In this document: positions 9,194 to 18,020 of the stretch, one piece after another
How positions within the stretch are numbered: the first letter of the stretch is position 1
Layout: each line of letters begins with the position of its first letter
IMG/VR virus record: IMGVR_UViG_3300045454_000117
Location: 812 to 64,811 of that record
DNA from: a virus
Lineage: Duplodnaviria; Caudoviricetes
Reading direction: 5' to 3' (one strand)
Length of the DNA: 64,000 bases
Notes under the pieces: model-generated
The model's input: only the letters and a program-made list of their open reading frames with translations
What the model was told of the DNA's origin: nothing
Database searches by the model: none
Program-made: the position numbers and the translations under genes

Positions 9194-9573
9194 GCGCCCT
9201 CTCCCGCTGCGATGTTGATCTCGACGATCGCCTCGGCGGTGATGATGCGGACCGGGTGACCGTTGCGCACCGCCTTGTCGAACAGGGCAATCATGGGATG
9301 CGGCTGCGGCACATAGCGAGGTCCGCCGCGCCAAGTCCGGACGTAGCGGCGAGCCTTCATGTCGTAGATGCCGCCGTGGGCGTCGCGATCGTCCTTGAAC
9401 GGCTGGACGAAGCAGACGTCGAACGCCACTTCCGCCGCCTCAAGATCGTCGGTGTAAGTGATGACCTCTTTGAGGCCGACGCAGGCGCTGATCTGATAGC
9501 GTCCGGTCTCGGACAGGGGCGTCAGAAAAACGCCGCCTGCTGGACTCGCCTGGATAACTGCGGTGCTGTGCAT
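9190..9573 (-). CDS. First gene of the early-left operon, hypothetical
   Basis: GGAG RBS immediately downstream of the left operators. Confidence 0.6.
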   Translation of the reverse strand: MHSTAVIQASPAGGVFLTPLSETGRYQISACVGLKEVITYTDDLEAAEVAFDVCFVQPFKDDRDAHGGIYDMKARRYVRTWRGGPRYVPQPHPMIALFDKAVRNGHPVRIITAEAIVEINIAAGEGA

Positions 9574-9620
9574 CGTGATCTCCACAGCCCCTGACCAAAG
9601 GGGCTATGGCGATGACAATA

Positions 9621-9662
9621 GCGATAATTGCGATAGTCGCAATACTAAATCGCGATTATCGC
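9621..9662 (-). promoter_or_regulatory. Left operator cluster (OL/PL-like)
   Basis: GCGATAATTGC 9621, GCGATAGTCGC 9630, GCGATTATCGC 9652; same palindrome as the cI-cro gap. Confidence 0.8.
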
Positions 9663-9680
9663 AATTTTTCCGCGATCCGG

Positions 9681-10076
9681 TCAGTCGTCAGGGTATATCG
9701 GGTCAGGATAAAAGTCTGGTTCATCGGTGTGATTTTCGCGATTTTCTCGCTCGGGGAGGACGGGATCAGCGCCGTCGAACGCGATGCGAATCGCGGCTCC
9801 GTAATCCATCCGCTCTTGGAAGACGGCCTTGATGACCCGCCCCTTGTCGAGCATCGGCGCGATCCAGGCCGCGCGCTCGGCGGACAAATAGCCCATCTGG
9901 ATGCCACCGGAATTGAAAACGGCGACTGCGCGCTCGTCCTTCGGGTTCTTCGGCTCCCGCCTCAGTTCGATCGGGTCGCCAGGCCTACAAAGCGCGATGG
10001 CGAAATGCCGCGTCGGTCCCCGCTTGTTCGGATAGTCGACACCGACCACCGCCAGTGAGAGCGGCCCCCGCGCCAT
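9681..10076 (-). CDS. HIRAN domain protein
   Basis: VVGVDY..., LRREPKNPKDERAVAV....QMGYL. Confidence 0.88.
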   Translation of the reverse strand: MARGPLSLAVVGVDYPNKRGPTRHFAIALCRPGDPIELRREPKNPKDERAVAVFNSGGIQMGYLSAERAAWIAPMLDKGRVIKAVFQERMDYGAAIRIAFDGADPVLPERENRENHTDEPDFYPDPIYPDD

Positions 10077-10079
10077 CGG

Positions 10080-10742
10080 TCAAAGCTCGCGCGCGAGCCT
10101 GAACACGCGCCCGAAGATGCGCAGGTCTTCGGCGTCAATTTCCTGATCGGGAACCGCGGGATTGTCTGAGATCACGAGCACGCGCTGGGGGCCGATCGCC
10201 CGCAACCGCTTGATCGCCCCTGCCCCGTACATGGAAATTGCCCAGACTCGGTCATTGAGATTGAGCATGGTGGAGGTCGTATCGATCATGACCTCGTCGC
10301 TGCTCTGCAGCGTCGGAAACATGCTGTCCCCGATCCCGCGCGCCAACCTGATACGATGCGGCGGCGTCCGGGTGATCGCACGAAGATAGCCGAGGTCGAA
10401 CTTGACCGGCTCCTCCTCGATATAGTCGTCGATGTTGGTGCCATCGCCCATCGCGAGTGACAGGTCGAGCCGGATCAGCTCGACCACATCATCCGCGCCA
10501 GACCCGCCTATCGCGGGGAGCACCTCAGCCGGCCGCACATCGCTGCGGCGGTGCGTCCGCTCCGCTTGTTCCACCCAAGCCAGCGCGAGGCCGCGTTCTT
10601 CACCACGCCACTGTCTGATGCCTCTGCGGATTTTCGAAAGCTTGTCGGCGCTGAGATCGATGCCGACCGCCAGTTCCTTCTGGTCGATCTTCAACCGATC
10701 CAGGCGCAGGAATATCTCGTCGAGGCGGTCGGAGTTGGCCAT
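10080..10742 (-). CDS. CI-like repressor (HTH plus S24 autopeptidase)
   Basis: N-terminal HTH; GDSMFPTL catalytic Ser, IKRL Lys, LVISDN; divergent from cro. Confidence 0.93.
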   Translation of the reverse strand: MANSDRLDEIFLRLDRLKIDQKELAVGIDLSADKLSKIRRGIRQWRGEERGLALAWVEQAERTHRRSDVRPAEVLPAIGGSGADDVVELIRLDLSLAMGDGTNIDDYIEEEPVKFDLGYLRAITRTPPHRIRLARGIGDSMFPTLQSSDEVMIDTTSTMLNLNDRVWAISMYGAGAIKRLRAIGPQRVLVISDNPAVPDQEIDAEDLRIFGRVFRLAREL

Positions 10743-10763
10743 CCGCCCATAGGACCGAACGTG

Positions 10764-10823
10764 ACGATAATCGCAATCGCGATTATCGCTATTTGTCGCT
10801 TGCGATTCCATCGCGATTATCGC
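10764..10823. promoter_or_regulatory. Right operator cluster (OR-like)
   Basis: ACGATAATCGC 10764, GCGATTATCGC 10779 and 10813, between divergent cI and cro. Confidence 0.85.
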
Positions 10824-10835
10824 ATTTAACATCGC

Positions 10836-11078
10836 ATGCCGACCGCAATCGACACGCTATTCGACGCCCTCGGGGGCACAAGCGAGGTGTCTCGCATCAC
10901 CAAGACCGCCTACTCGACGGTCCGGAGCATGAGGTCGAACGGGATCACCGAATCCCGTCTCGACCACATCGTTCTGGCCGCGCGGGCGCGCAAGCCCGAG
11001 GTCGCGCATATCGACCAGCTGGCGGCGGCGGTCGTTCCAATTGACCGCAAGGCCGCGGCCGAGGTCGCCGAACAGTGA
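10836..11078 (+). CDS. Cro-like HTH regulator
   Basis: IDTLFDALGGTSEVSRIT...STVRSM; position opposite cI. Confidence 0.8.
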   Translation: MPTAIDTLFDALGGTSEVSRITKTAYSTVRSMRSNGITESRLDHIVLAARARKPEVAHIDQLAAAVVPIDRKAAAEVAEQ

Positions 11079-11332
11079 TCGCTCGCGCCGTCCCTTGTCG
11101 GTGTGCGAGCTGCAACGCCCCGAAGTGCGACTGCGATTTCAGCGCGTGGTTGCTGCCGCGCCGTGCGCCAGCCGCGCGCAGGGACCGCGTGGTTCGCCCG
11201 TTGGGTTCGCCCTGCTCGCCGATCGCCCTCCCGCCGCGTGAGCGCCGCGACGACCGCGCCCATGGGCACGGCCTTCAAACGGTCAGCTCTGTCGGCTCGA
11301 GGCTTCGTCATGATGGAGACCATGCGCGATGA
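11075..11332 (+). CDS. Hypothetical protein with Cys-rich N-terminus
   Basis: Coupled between cro and the CII-position gene. Confidence 0.35.
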   Translation: MIARAVPCRCASCNAPKCDCDFSAWLLPRRAPAARRDRVVRPLGSPCSPIALPPRERRDDRAHGHGLQTVSSVGSRLRHDGDHAR

Positions 11333-11811
11333 GCGCACCGCACATCCACGGCCCGCGCCGAACTTTTTCCGCGTCATCCGCGGTTGAGACCCAGGCGGAC
11401 TCGCTCCGCCGGATCAAGACCGACGACGGCCTGACCTACAAGGATCTGGGGCGCTACCTCGGCGGCAAGTCCGAAGATCGCGCCGCCGCCTATGCTCCGC
11501 CGAAGGACAGCGAGCGCGCGATCGCCGCGATGGACATGCTAACCTTCCTCGCCGCGTGCGAGACTTGGGGAGGTCGCTTCGCCGACCCCCTGCTGGCGCT
11601 CGTCGGCGGTCGCTGGGCCGATGCCGGTTCGGTTTGCACCGGCGACCCCGGCGCGCTGACCCTCGCAACGCTGCTGCCCGCGATCATCGAGATCGAGAAG
11701 GACGGCATCACCTCCGCAGACGAGCTGGCTCCACACGAGGCTCTGATCCGGCGCGTCCACGCACTCACCACCGTCTGGCTCGAGATGATCGCCCAGGAGA
11801 GCGCTCGATGA
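11329..11811 (+). CDS. CII-position HTH protein
   Basis: LTYKDLGRYLGGKSEDRAAAY; position after cro. Confidence 0.55.
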   Translation: MSAPHIHGPRRTFSASSAVETQADSLRRIKTDDGLTYKDLGRYLGGKSEDRAAAYAPPKDSERAIAAMDMLTFLAACETWGGRFADPLLALVGGRWADAGSVCTGDPGALTLATLLPAIIEIEKDGITSADELAPHEALIRRVHALTTVWLEMIAQESAR

Positions 11812-12551
11812 AGCAGCACACCAGCTTGAACCGCTCGCGCATGTTGGACTGGCTCCGCGATCTCGAAGAGCGGGACGAGCCAGCCCCGACCGACAGCGAA
11901 ATCGCGGAGCGCTTCGGATTCGATAGCCCAGAGGCGGCGCGGACGCTGCTGGCCGACCTCGCCGATCGAGCCGAAATCGTGATCAAAGGCACCGGGGCGG
12001 AGCGCACGATCAAGATCGGTCGCACCCGCACGAGCTATGCCCATACGACCGTGGTGCCAGCCCCCGCGGTGCGGCGACCGACGACTTCTACCGACGATGG
12101 CGTCCAGCGCATCCTGGAAATCGTGCAGCGCGGCAAAGAGGAAAAGCTCGAGCCGGTCGCGAAGCCACCCGCCGAACGCCCGACGCAGACACCGCGAACG
12201 GAAGCGCCTACCGCTACGGTCCCGCCCCCAGCGCCGCTCCAGCCCGCTCCCTGTGGGCCCACCCGCCAAGCTGCATTCCGCATTACCGCCGCCGAGCACG
12301 CCCAGCTGTCGGCCCGCGCCGAAGCTGAGGATTCGTCGGTATCGGCGGTCTGCCAGCAGATCGTGCGGTCGGTTCTGGCCGGGCAGGATCCGACGCCAGA
12401 GGTGCGCCTCGAACGCAAGCCCGTGATCCGCGCGGCAATGGTCACCGCCGCGCAGGAAGCCGGCATCCCGCTCGACGCTTTCGTCCGCCTCCTGATCGAG
12501 CGCGGATTCGAGAGCTTCATGGCCTCGCGACCGGAGGCGGAAGCGGCATGA
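11808..12551 (+). CDS. Putative DNA-binding protein (wHTH, Pro-rich linker, RHH-like)
   Basis: PTDSEIAERFGFDS; AAFRITAAEHAQLSARA. Confidence 0.6.
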   Translation: MKQHTSLNRSRMLDWLRDLEERDEPAPTDSEIAERFGFDSPEAARTLLADLADRAEIVIKGTGAERTIKIGRTRTSYAHTTVVPAPAVRRPTTSTDDGVQRILEIVQRGKEEKLEPVAKPPAERPTQTPRTEAPTATVPPPAPLQPAPCGPTRQAAFRITAAEHAQLSARAEAEDSSVSAVCQQIVRSVLAGQDPTPEVRLERKPVIRAAMVTAAQEAGIPLDAFVRLLIERGFESFMASRPEAEAA

Positions 12552-12976
12552 GCTTGGTCGACGAGGTCGGGTACTTCCTCGCCCGCACCCGGATGGATGA
12601 ACGGGAATTCGGTCGTCGCGCCGTTGACGACGCCGAGCAGGTCGAGAATATGCGCTGCGGCGTCCCGGTCACCGCCGGGCGCGCGCTGCGGCTCCGCCAG
12701 TTCATCGCCTCGTATCAGCCCACGGATGAAGCTGAGCACGACGCGCCGGCACCTGCCCCAGTTGCCGCCCCCTCGTCGCCGACCGAGGACCGCGAGGAGC
12801 GCTTGGCGCCTAACGCCGCCCTGTCGGCGGCGGAACAGGGCTGCCAGCTGCTCCAATTCAAGATCCTGAAGCTCTACGAAGCGGTCGCTCGCCGCGACGG
12901 CCTGACCGTGGTCGAGGCCTGTATCCTGCTCAACTACGGGCCGGAGCGCTTCCAGACCTGGAGGGCGCGCCAGTGA
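12548..12976 (+). CDS. Hypothetical protein
   Basis: Coupled ORF; EFGRRAVDD motif. Confidence 0.55.
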   Translation: MSLVDEVGYFLARTRMDEREFGRRAVDDAEQVENMRCGVPVTAGRALRLRQFIASYQPTDEAEHDAPAPAPVAAPSSPTEDREERLAPNAALSAAEQGCQLLQFKILKLYEAVARRDGLTVVEACILLNYGPERFQTWRARQ

Positions 12977-13127
12977 GCGCCGCCCTCGCATCCGATCCCC
13001 GTCCGTCGCCGCGGACGAAACCCCGAGACTGGCGCTGCCGTGTTGCTGGCGTCGGTGGGATGGCGTGTCCCCTACGCGCATGCCGGCAAGTCTCGGGACG
13101 GCGGAACCACCTGACCAGGAGAATGTG

Positions 13128-13457
13128 ATGGGACAAGGAACCCCTCCCCCGGATCATAACGATCCGGAACAGATCAGCTTGATCCGGGAATGCACCGACA
13201 AGATCATTTCGCTCGAAAAGCAACGGGCGTCGATCAACGCGGACATCTCGGCCGAGCGCAAGCGCATCAAGGCGTCGAACATCGACATGGATGCGTGGCG
13301 GGCGGCGAAACGCCGTCGCGAGATGGACCCGGACGTTCGCGCCGAGTTCGATCGCAGCCAGACGCTGTGCAACAAGGCGCTCGGTGTGCCTGTCCAGGCG
13401 GACCTGTTCGCCAACGACAGCGAAGCCGCGCCCGGCGAAATTCCGGACGCAGCGTAA
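13128..13457 (+). CDS. GapR/DUF2312-like DNA-binding protein
   Basis: IISLEKQRASINADI...K...D.....R.MD...R.E pattern of GapR. Confidence 0.7.
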   Translation: MGQGTPPPDHNDPEQISLIRECTDKIISLEKQRASINADISAERKRIKASNIDMDAWRAAKRRREMDPDVRAEFDRSQTLCNKALGVPVQADLFANDSEAAPGEIPDAA

Positions 13458-13696
13458 TGAGCGCCCCTGAACAGCAGGTCGCCTCAGAAGGCGATAGCCG
13501 CACGGTCAACAATGCCGTGCGGCATCAGTACCGCGTCCTCAGCGATGAGGAGAAGGCGCAGATGGTCCGCATCAAGGACCTCGGCGCCGAGTTCCTCGCG
13601 GCGATCGACGGTCTCGGCGCGAGCCGGGAATATTCGCTCGCGAAAACCAAGGTCGAGGAAGCGGTGATGTGGGCGGTCAAGGGGCTGACCGCCTGA
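13457..13696 (+). CDS. Acb2/Tad1-like putative signalling-nucleotide sponge
   Basis: 79 aa helical hairpin ending REYSLAKTKVEEAVMWAVK. Confidence 0.7.
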   Translation: MSAPEQQVASEGDSRTVNNAVRHQYRVLSDEEKAQMVRIKDLGAEFLAAIDGLGASREYSLAKTKVEEAVMWAVKGLTA

Positions 13697-14235
13697 TGCG
13701 CTACGCTGCCTTCGACCTCAGCTCGAAGACCGGCTGGGGGGTGTGGGATGGCCACGCCCCCCAACCACAGCTGGGCACGAAACATATTGTCGGCTGGGAT
13801 TACGATGCCGGTTCGATGCTCGAGCTGTATCGGAAATGGCTCGGCGACTTCCTGCGCGCGCATCGGCCGCAGCGCATCGGCATCGAGGCGATGTTCATTG
13901 CGCCGCACCTCGACGCGCCCACCATCTTCAAGCAAGTCGCGCTGGTCAGCTTCACCCAGTGGGCCGCGAAAGCCGCAGCGATCCCCTGCACGCTGATCTA
14001 CTCGGCCAGCTGGAGGAAGACCTGGTATGGGTCCGCCACCGGACGCTCCGAAGATTTCAAGATCATGGCCGAGAACCGGTGCCGCGACTTGGGCTGGCCG
14101 GCTCCCGACCACAATGCCGCTGAGGCCGCGGGCATCCTCGACCACCTCGTGACGCAGATCGGGAAGGAGACGCCGCCTTGGCGCTCCAATCACCTGTTCA
14201 TGCCGGAGCCTGACCGAGTGAGGCGGCGCGGATGA
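13696..14235 (+). CDS. RuvC-like Holliday junction resolvase
   Basis: AAFDLSSKTGW, IGIEA, SWRK, DHNAAEA. Confidence 0.78.
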   Translation: MRYAAFDLSSKTGWGVWDGHAPQPQLGTKHIVGWDYDAGSMLELYRKWLGDFLRAHRPQRIGIEAMFIAPHLDAPTIFKQVALVSFTQWAAKAAAIPCTLIYSASWRKTWYGSATGRSEDFKIMAENRCRDLGWPAPDHNAAEAAGILDHLVTQIGKETPPWRSNHLFMPEPDRVRRRG

Positions 14236-14876
14236 TCGGCTATGCCTCCCGCACCGGTACCAAGCGCAACCTCAATGCGCTTCGCGAAAATGGCTGGCGT
14301 CTCATGGTGTCAGCGCGCGGCGTCCTGCGCACCGAGGGGTTTCGCTATGCGCTCGACAATGGGGCGTGGACGTCATCTCAGCGCAATGAGCCATTCGACA
14401 CGATGGCCTTCGAGCGCGCGGTCGACCAGCTCGGTGCAGGTGCCGACTTCATCGTCATTCCGGACATCGTCAACGGTGGCATTGCAAGCCTGACCCGCTC
14501 GCGCCGTTGGTGGGAGAAGTTGCGCTTCACCTATGACCACATCGCGCACGTTCCGCTGTTGATCGCAGTCCAGAACGGATTCGAGCCGCGCGATGTCGCG
14601 CCTCTTCTCTCACCCAGGACCGGGATATTCATCGGAGGCACCTCCGGCTGGAAGGAACACTCACTGCGCCGGTGGGCCACGCTCGCGCGAACGCGCGGGG
14701 CCATCTGCCATGTCGGCCGCGTCAACACCGCGCGCCGGATCCGCCTGTGCGAGGCGGCCGGGGTCACTAGCTTCGACGGCTCCAGCGCCTCCCGCTTCGC
14801 GGTAACCGCCCGCCCACTCGAGCTGGCCCGCCAGCAAACCGACATCGAAGGGTACATTGCGAGGTTGGCAGCATGA
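14232..14876 (+). CDS. TGT-fold / DpdA-like base-exchange protein
   Basis: ALDNGAW, IPDIV, IAVQNG, GIFIGG, CHVGRV, SFDGS in the order of TGT motifs. Confidence 0.65.
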   Translation: MIGYASRTGTKRNLNALRENGWRLMVSARGVLRTEGFRYALDNGAWTSSQRNEPFDTMAFERAVDQLGAGADFIVIPDIVNGGIASLTRSRRWWEKLRFTYDHIAHVPLLIAVQNGFEPRDVAPLLSPRTGIFIGGTSGWKEHSLRRWATLARTRGAICHVGRVNTARRIRLCEAAGVTSFDGSSASRFAVTARPLELARQQTDIEGYIARLAA

Positions 14877-15067
14877 GCGCGGCGATCGCGATCCTCCCGA
14901 CCGAGCTGACTGTCGACGCCGCATGGTCACGGCACCGCGAGCTGTGCCTGCGCCTCGCCGAATCCCCGGAGCTCGAGCACGACGCAACCTTCGTCGCTGA
15001 GCTTGAAGCTGCAGCGAGCGATTGGCAGCGCGCGTACGCCGCGTGGGTGGGGGCGTCATGCCGGTGA
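14873..15067 (+). CDS. Hypothetical protein
   Basis: Coupled ORF. Confidence 0.45.
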   Translation: MSAAIAILPTELTVDAAWSRHRELCLRLAESPELEHDATFVAELEAAASDWQRAYAAWVGASCR

Positions 15068-16512
15068 CCGCCATCCAGATGCCCGCGGGCAACGCATATC
15101 CAGATTGCCTCTACAATGTTGAGGCAGAGGCGGCGCTCCTGGGCGCTCTCATGATCTCGAACGACTGGATCGATCGTGTTGCCGATCAGGTCCGACCGGA
15201 GGACTTCATGGAGCCGCTGCATGGGCGGATCTATGCGGCGATCCTCAACACCGCCGCAACCGAGCAGCGCGCCAACCCGGTGCTGCTTCGTCCCATGTTC
15301 GTCGACGATCCGGCCATGATCCAATTGGGCGGCCCGGCATATCTCGCCCAACTGACCGGCTCGGGCGCGGCGCTCATCGGTGTGCGCCAGTTCGCGGCCC
15401 AGATCGCAGATATGGCGAAGCGGCGGCGGGTCTATGACGCGCTGCAAGAAACCATCGTGTCGATGCAGAAAGCCGACAACCTCGATGTCGCAGTCGAGGC
15501 GCTGGCGGAAACCGTCGACTCGGCGCTGACCGCCGCGATGGCGAAGCACGGCGTCACCCAAGGCCGGTCCATTGCAGCCGCGATGGATGCCACCTTGGGC
15601 CGGATCGACGACGAAGCCTCCGGGATCTCGGTCCCTGGGGTGAAGCTCGATGGCTTCGCCGACTGGAACTATCTCACCGGCAACATGCGGTACGGCGAGG
15701 TCATCATCCTCGGCGGCCGCCCGGGCATGGGCAAGACCGCCACTGCACTCTCGGCTTGGCTGGCCACCGGCCGCGCTGGCAAGGGCGGTCTCTATATCAG
15801 CCTGGAGATGTCCGAGGACGAGTTGATGCGGCGCGCGATCGCCGACCTCGTCTTCGAATACGGGCAGAACCCGACCTACGACCAGATCCGCTCCGCGCGT
15901 CTGTCCCCACATGACCGCCAGCGCATCCAGTCCGCGCGCGAGATGATCGAGAGCTGGCCCCTGCAGCTGACCGATCCGGCGACGCTCAAGATCGGTCGTC
16001 TCGCGTCCCTGATCCGGCGGTACCAGCGCAGCTTCGCAGCGAAGGGCCAGACCCTTGACGTCGTGTTCATCGACTATCTGGGTCTCATCAAGCCCGATCG
16101 CGAGACCGGGAGCAGGTACAACGACGTCGGCGCGATCAGCCGCGCGATCAAAGAGGTCGCGAAAGCCTGTGGCGTCTGCATCGTCGTCCTCGCCCAGCTG
16201 AGCCGCAAATGCGAGGAGCGCGAGGACAAGCGCCCGCTGCTGTCTGATCTCCGCGACGCCGGCGATATCGAGCAGGACGCCGACATCGTCATGTTCGTCT
16301 ACCGCGACGAATACTATCTGCAGGCTGCGGAGCCGAAGGTCGACGACAAGCGGCGCGCCGACTGGGAACTCGCGCTCCAGGCCGCGCGCGATCACGTCGA
16401 GCTCTACACTGCGAAGCGCCGCGGCGGTGCCCTTGGTCGTCGCAACTGCTTCTTCTTCGGCGCCCATCAGGCGGTCCGCGACCACACCTTTTTTCAGGAC
16501 ACCCGGCTGTGA
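15058..16512 (+). CDS. dnaB: Replicative DnaB-like helicase
   Basis: EAEAALLGAL, GGRPGMGKT, ISLEMS, FIDYLGL, LAQLSR..E.R.DKRP.LSDLR..G.IEQDAD. Confidence 0.95.
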   Translation: MPVTAIQMPAGNAYPDCLYNVEAEAALLGALMISNDWIDRVADQVRPEDFMEPLHGRIYAAILNTAATEQRANPVLLRPMFVDDPAMIQLGGPAYLAQLTGSGAALIGVRQFAAQIADMAKRRRVYDALQETIVSMQKADNLDVAVEALAETVDSALTAAMAKHGVTQGRSIAAAMDATLGRIDDEASGISVPGVKLDGFADWNYLTGNMRYGEVIILGGRPGMGKTATALSAWLATGRAGKGGLYISLEMSEDELMRRAIADLVFEYGQNPTYDQIRSARLSPHDRQRIQSAREMIESWPLQLTDPATLKIGRLASLIRRYQRSFAAKGQTLDVVFIDYLGLIKPDRETGSRYNDVGAISRAIKEVAKACGVCIVVLAQLSRKCEEREDKRPLLSDLRDAGDIEQDADIVMFVYRDEYYLQAAEPKVDDKRRADWELALQAARDHVELYTAKRRGGALGRRNCFFFGAHQAVRDHTFFQDTRL

Positions 16513-16712
16513 GCGGGCGCGGGGGCAATCCTTTCCCGACTGGCCTGAACTTCGGCGGGGCCGCTGCTGCCCGGCTGGAACGCGCGCTGGCTCAGGTCGC
16601 GCGCGAGAATGCGCGCCGCGTCCCCTGCCCTGTCGCGGGCTGTGCGCTGACCATCCTGCCCGAGAACCTCCGGCACCACCTCGACACCGTTCACGGGGAA
16701 GACGATGACTGA
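16509..16712 (+). CDS. Small C2H2-type zinc-finger protein
   Basis: CPVAGC...LRHHLDTVH. Confidence 0.5.
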   Translation: MSGRGGNPFPTGLNFGGAAAARLERALAQVARENARRVPCPVAGCALTILPENLRHHLDTVHGEDDD

Positions 16713-17805
16713 CCTGCTACCCGCCCCGCTGACCCCGGCGAACTGCGACCTCAGCGACTTCCCTCGCATGATGATCGATATCCCGCGTCTCAGGCAGTCC
16801 GGGTTCGATGCCATCATTGACGACAGCGCCTGGCGCGCCGGGCTCAACCTCTGGATGTCGGCGTGGCATTCGGTCCCGGCCGGATCGCTCGACGCCGACG
16901 ACGCCGCCTTGACGAAGGCGGCCGGGCTGGGCCGCGACCTCCGTACATGGGCGGCCGTCCGGGACAATGCGCTGCGCGGGTTCGTGCTGTGCTCGGATGG
17001 GCGCTTCTATCACGAGACCGTCTGCGAGGTCGCATTGGAGGCATGGATCGAGAAGCTGATCCAGCGCCTCGCCAGTGGAGCCGGCAACGCCAAGCGGTGG
17101 AAGGCCGAGTTCGATCCCGCACCGCTCGAAGCTGACCTGTTCCGTGCCGGCGAACTGCTGGCCGCGCTCAATCCGGACTCTAAGGTTCTGGTGAAGGCGC
17201 GTCGCCGATCATCCCAGTCGGATGAAAATTCTATCCCACCGGGACGCGGCACCGATCCGACCGGATCAAATGCGCGATCCGACCGCGATCCGACCGGACA
17301 GGAAAGACGATCCGACCGGACAGCGCCTCCCCGGGGAGAATCGTCCCAAGAGAAGGGAAGGGAAGGGAATAGTAATAACCCCCCTACCCCCCAGGCTGAT
17401 GCCGATCCCCGCCTCGCACGATTAATGAAGGCCGGAGGGTTCATCACCGTGCCCAGCGATTGGCGACCGGTCCTCGAAAGCTGGCTCGCCCGCGGTGCCG
17501 ACTTCGAGACCGACATCATCCCAGTCTTGGAGCAGGCCGGTCCGCGTCTCCGCGAGCGCACCAACCGGGCACCGTACAAGCTGAAGGTTTTCGAGCCCGA
17601 TCTGGCCCAGCACATCGCCACGGTCCGGGGCGACATCGAGCGCCTCCGTGAAATCCCCGGACGCCAGGCCGAGCTCGAGCGGGCGCAGCGGGAGGCCGAC
17701 GCGGCCCGCGAGAGCGAGGAGCAGGAGGCCGAACGCCAGCGCCAGATGCGGGCGTACCTCGCCGCTGCGAAAGCCCCCGACGCCGCCGCAGAGGGAGAGG
17801 GCTGA
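16705..17805 (+). CDS. DUF1376/YdaU-like replication initiator
   Basis: PAPLTPANCDL.DFP.M, SAWH.VPAGSL..DD, DGRFYH; internal iterons. Confidence 0.8.
   Translation: MTDLLPAPLTPANCDLSDFPRMMIDIPRLRQSGFDAIIDDSAWRAGLNLWMSAWHSVPAGSLDADDAALTKAAGLGRDLRTWAAVRDNALRGFVLCSDGRFYHETVCEVALEAWIEKLIQRLASGAGNAKRWKAEFDPAPLEADLFRAGELLAALNPDSKVLVKARRRSSQSDENSIPPGRGTDPTGSNARSDRDPTGQERRSDRTAPPRGESSQEKGREGNSNNPPTPQADADPRLARLMKAGGFITVPSDWRPVLESWLARGADFETDIIPVLEQAGPRLRERTNRAPYKLKVFEPDLAQHIATVRGDIERLREIPGRQAELERAQREADAARESEEQEAERQRQMRAYLAAAKAPDAAAEGEG
17210..17319 (+). repeat. Iterons (GATCCGACCGG) of a putative phage origin
   Basis: Copies at 17210 and 17232 (degenerate), 17254, 17276, 17287, 17309. Confidence 0.75.
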
Positions 17806-18020
17806 TGGCCGCGATCCGCACCTCGCTGTCCCGCATCGCGGCTCAGGCCCGTGACCCCGATCCCGAGGCGGCATGGGAGGCTGCCCGCGCAGCATGGCAG
17901 CTCCACGGCCTCGCCCTGCTCAATCCCGACGAGGTCGAACGCAAGCTCGGCTGGGTCGCCGGGCAGGAAGCCAAGCTCATCGCCGAGAAGTGCTTCGGCA
18001 AAAGGAAGACCGAGAAATGA
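17805..18020 (+). CDS. Hypothetical protein
   Basis: Coupled ORF. Confidence 0.55.
   Translation: MAAIRTSLSRIAAQARDPDPEAAWEAARAAWQLHGLALLNPDEVERKLGWVAGQEAKLIAEKCFGKRKTEK

Noticed and set aside
9586-9605. Similarity to lambda boxB (GCCCTGAAAAAGGGC)
   Set aside because: The likeness is on the non-transcribed strand and no boxA or N gene is recognisable; kept only as a generic hairpin
12995-13100. GTCC...GGAC-GAAAC resembling a hammerhead ribozyme stem II and core, plus a CCCGAGACT/AGTCTCGGG inverted repeat
   Set aside because: The required CUGAnGA is absent before the stem; the region also reads as a coupled 51-codon ORF
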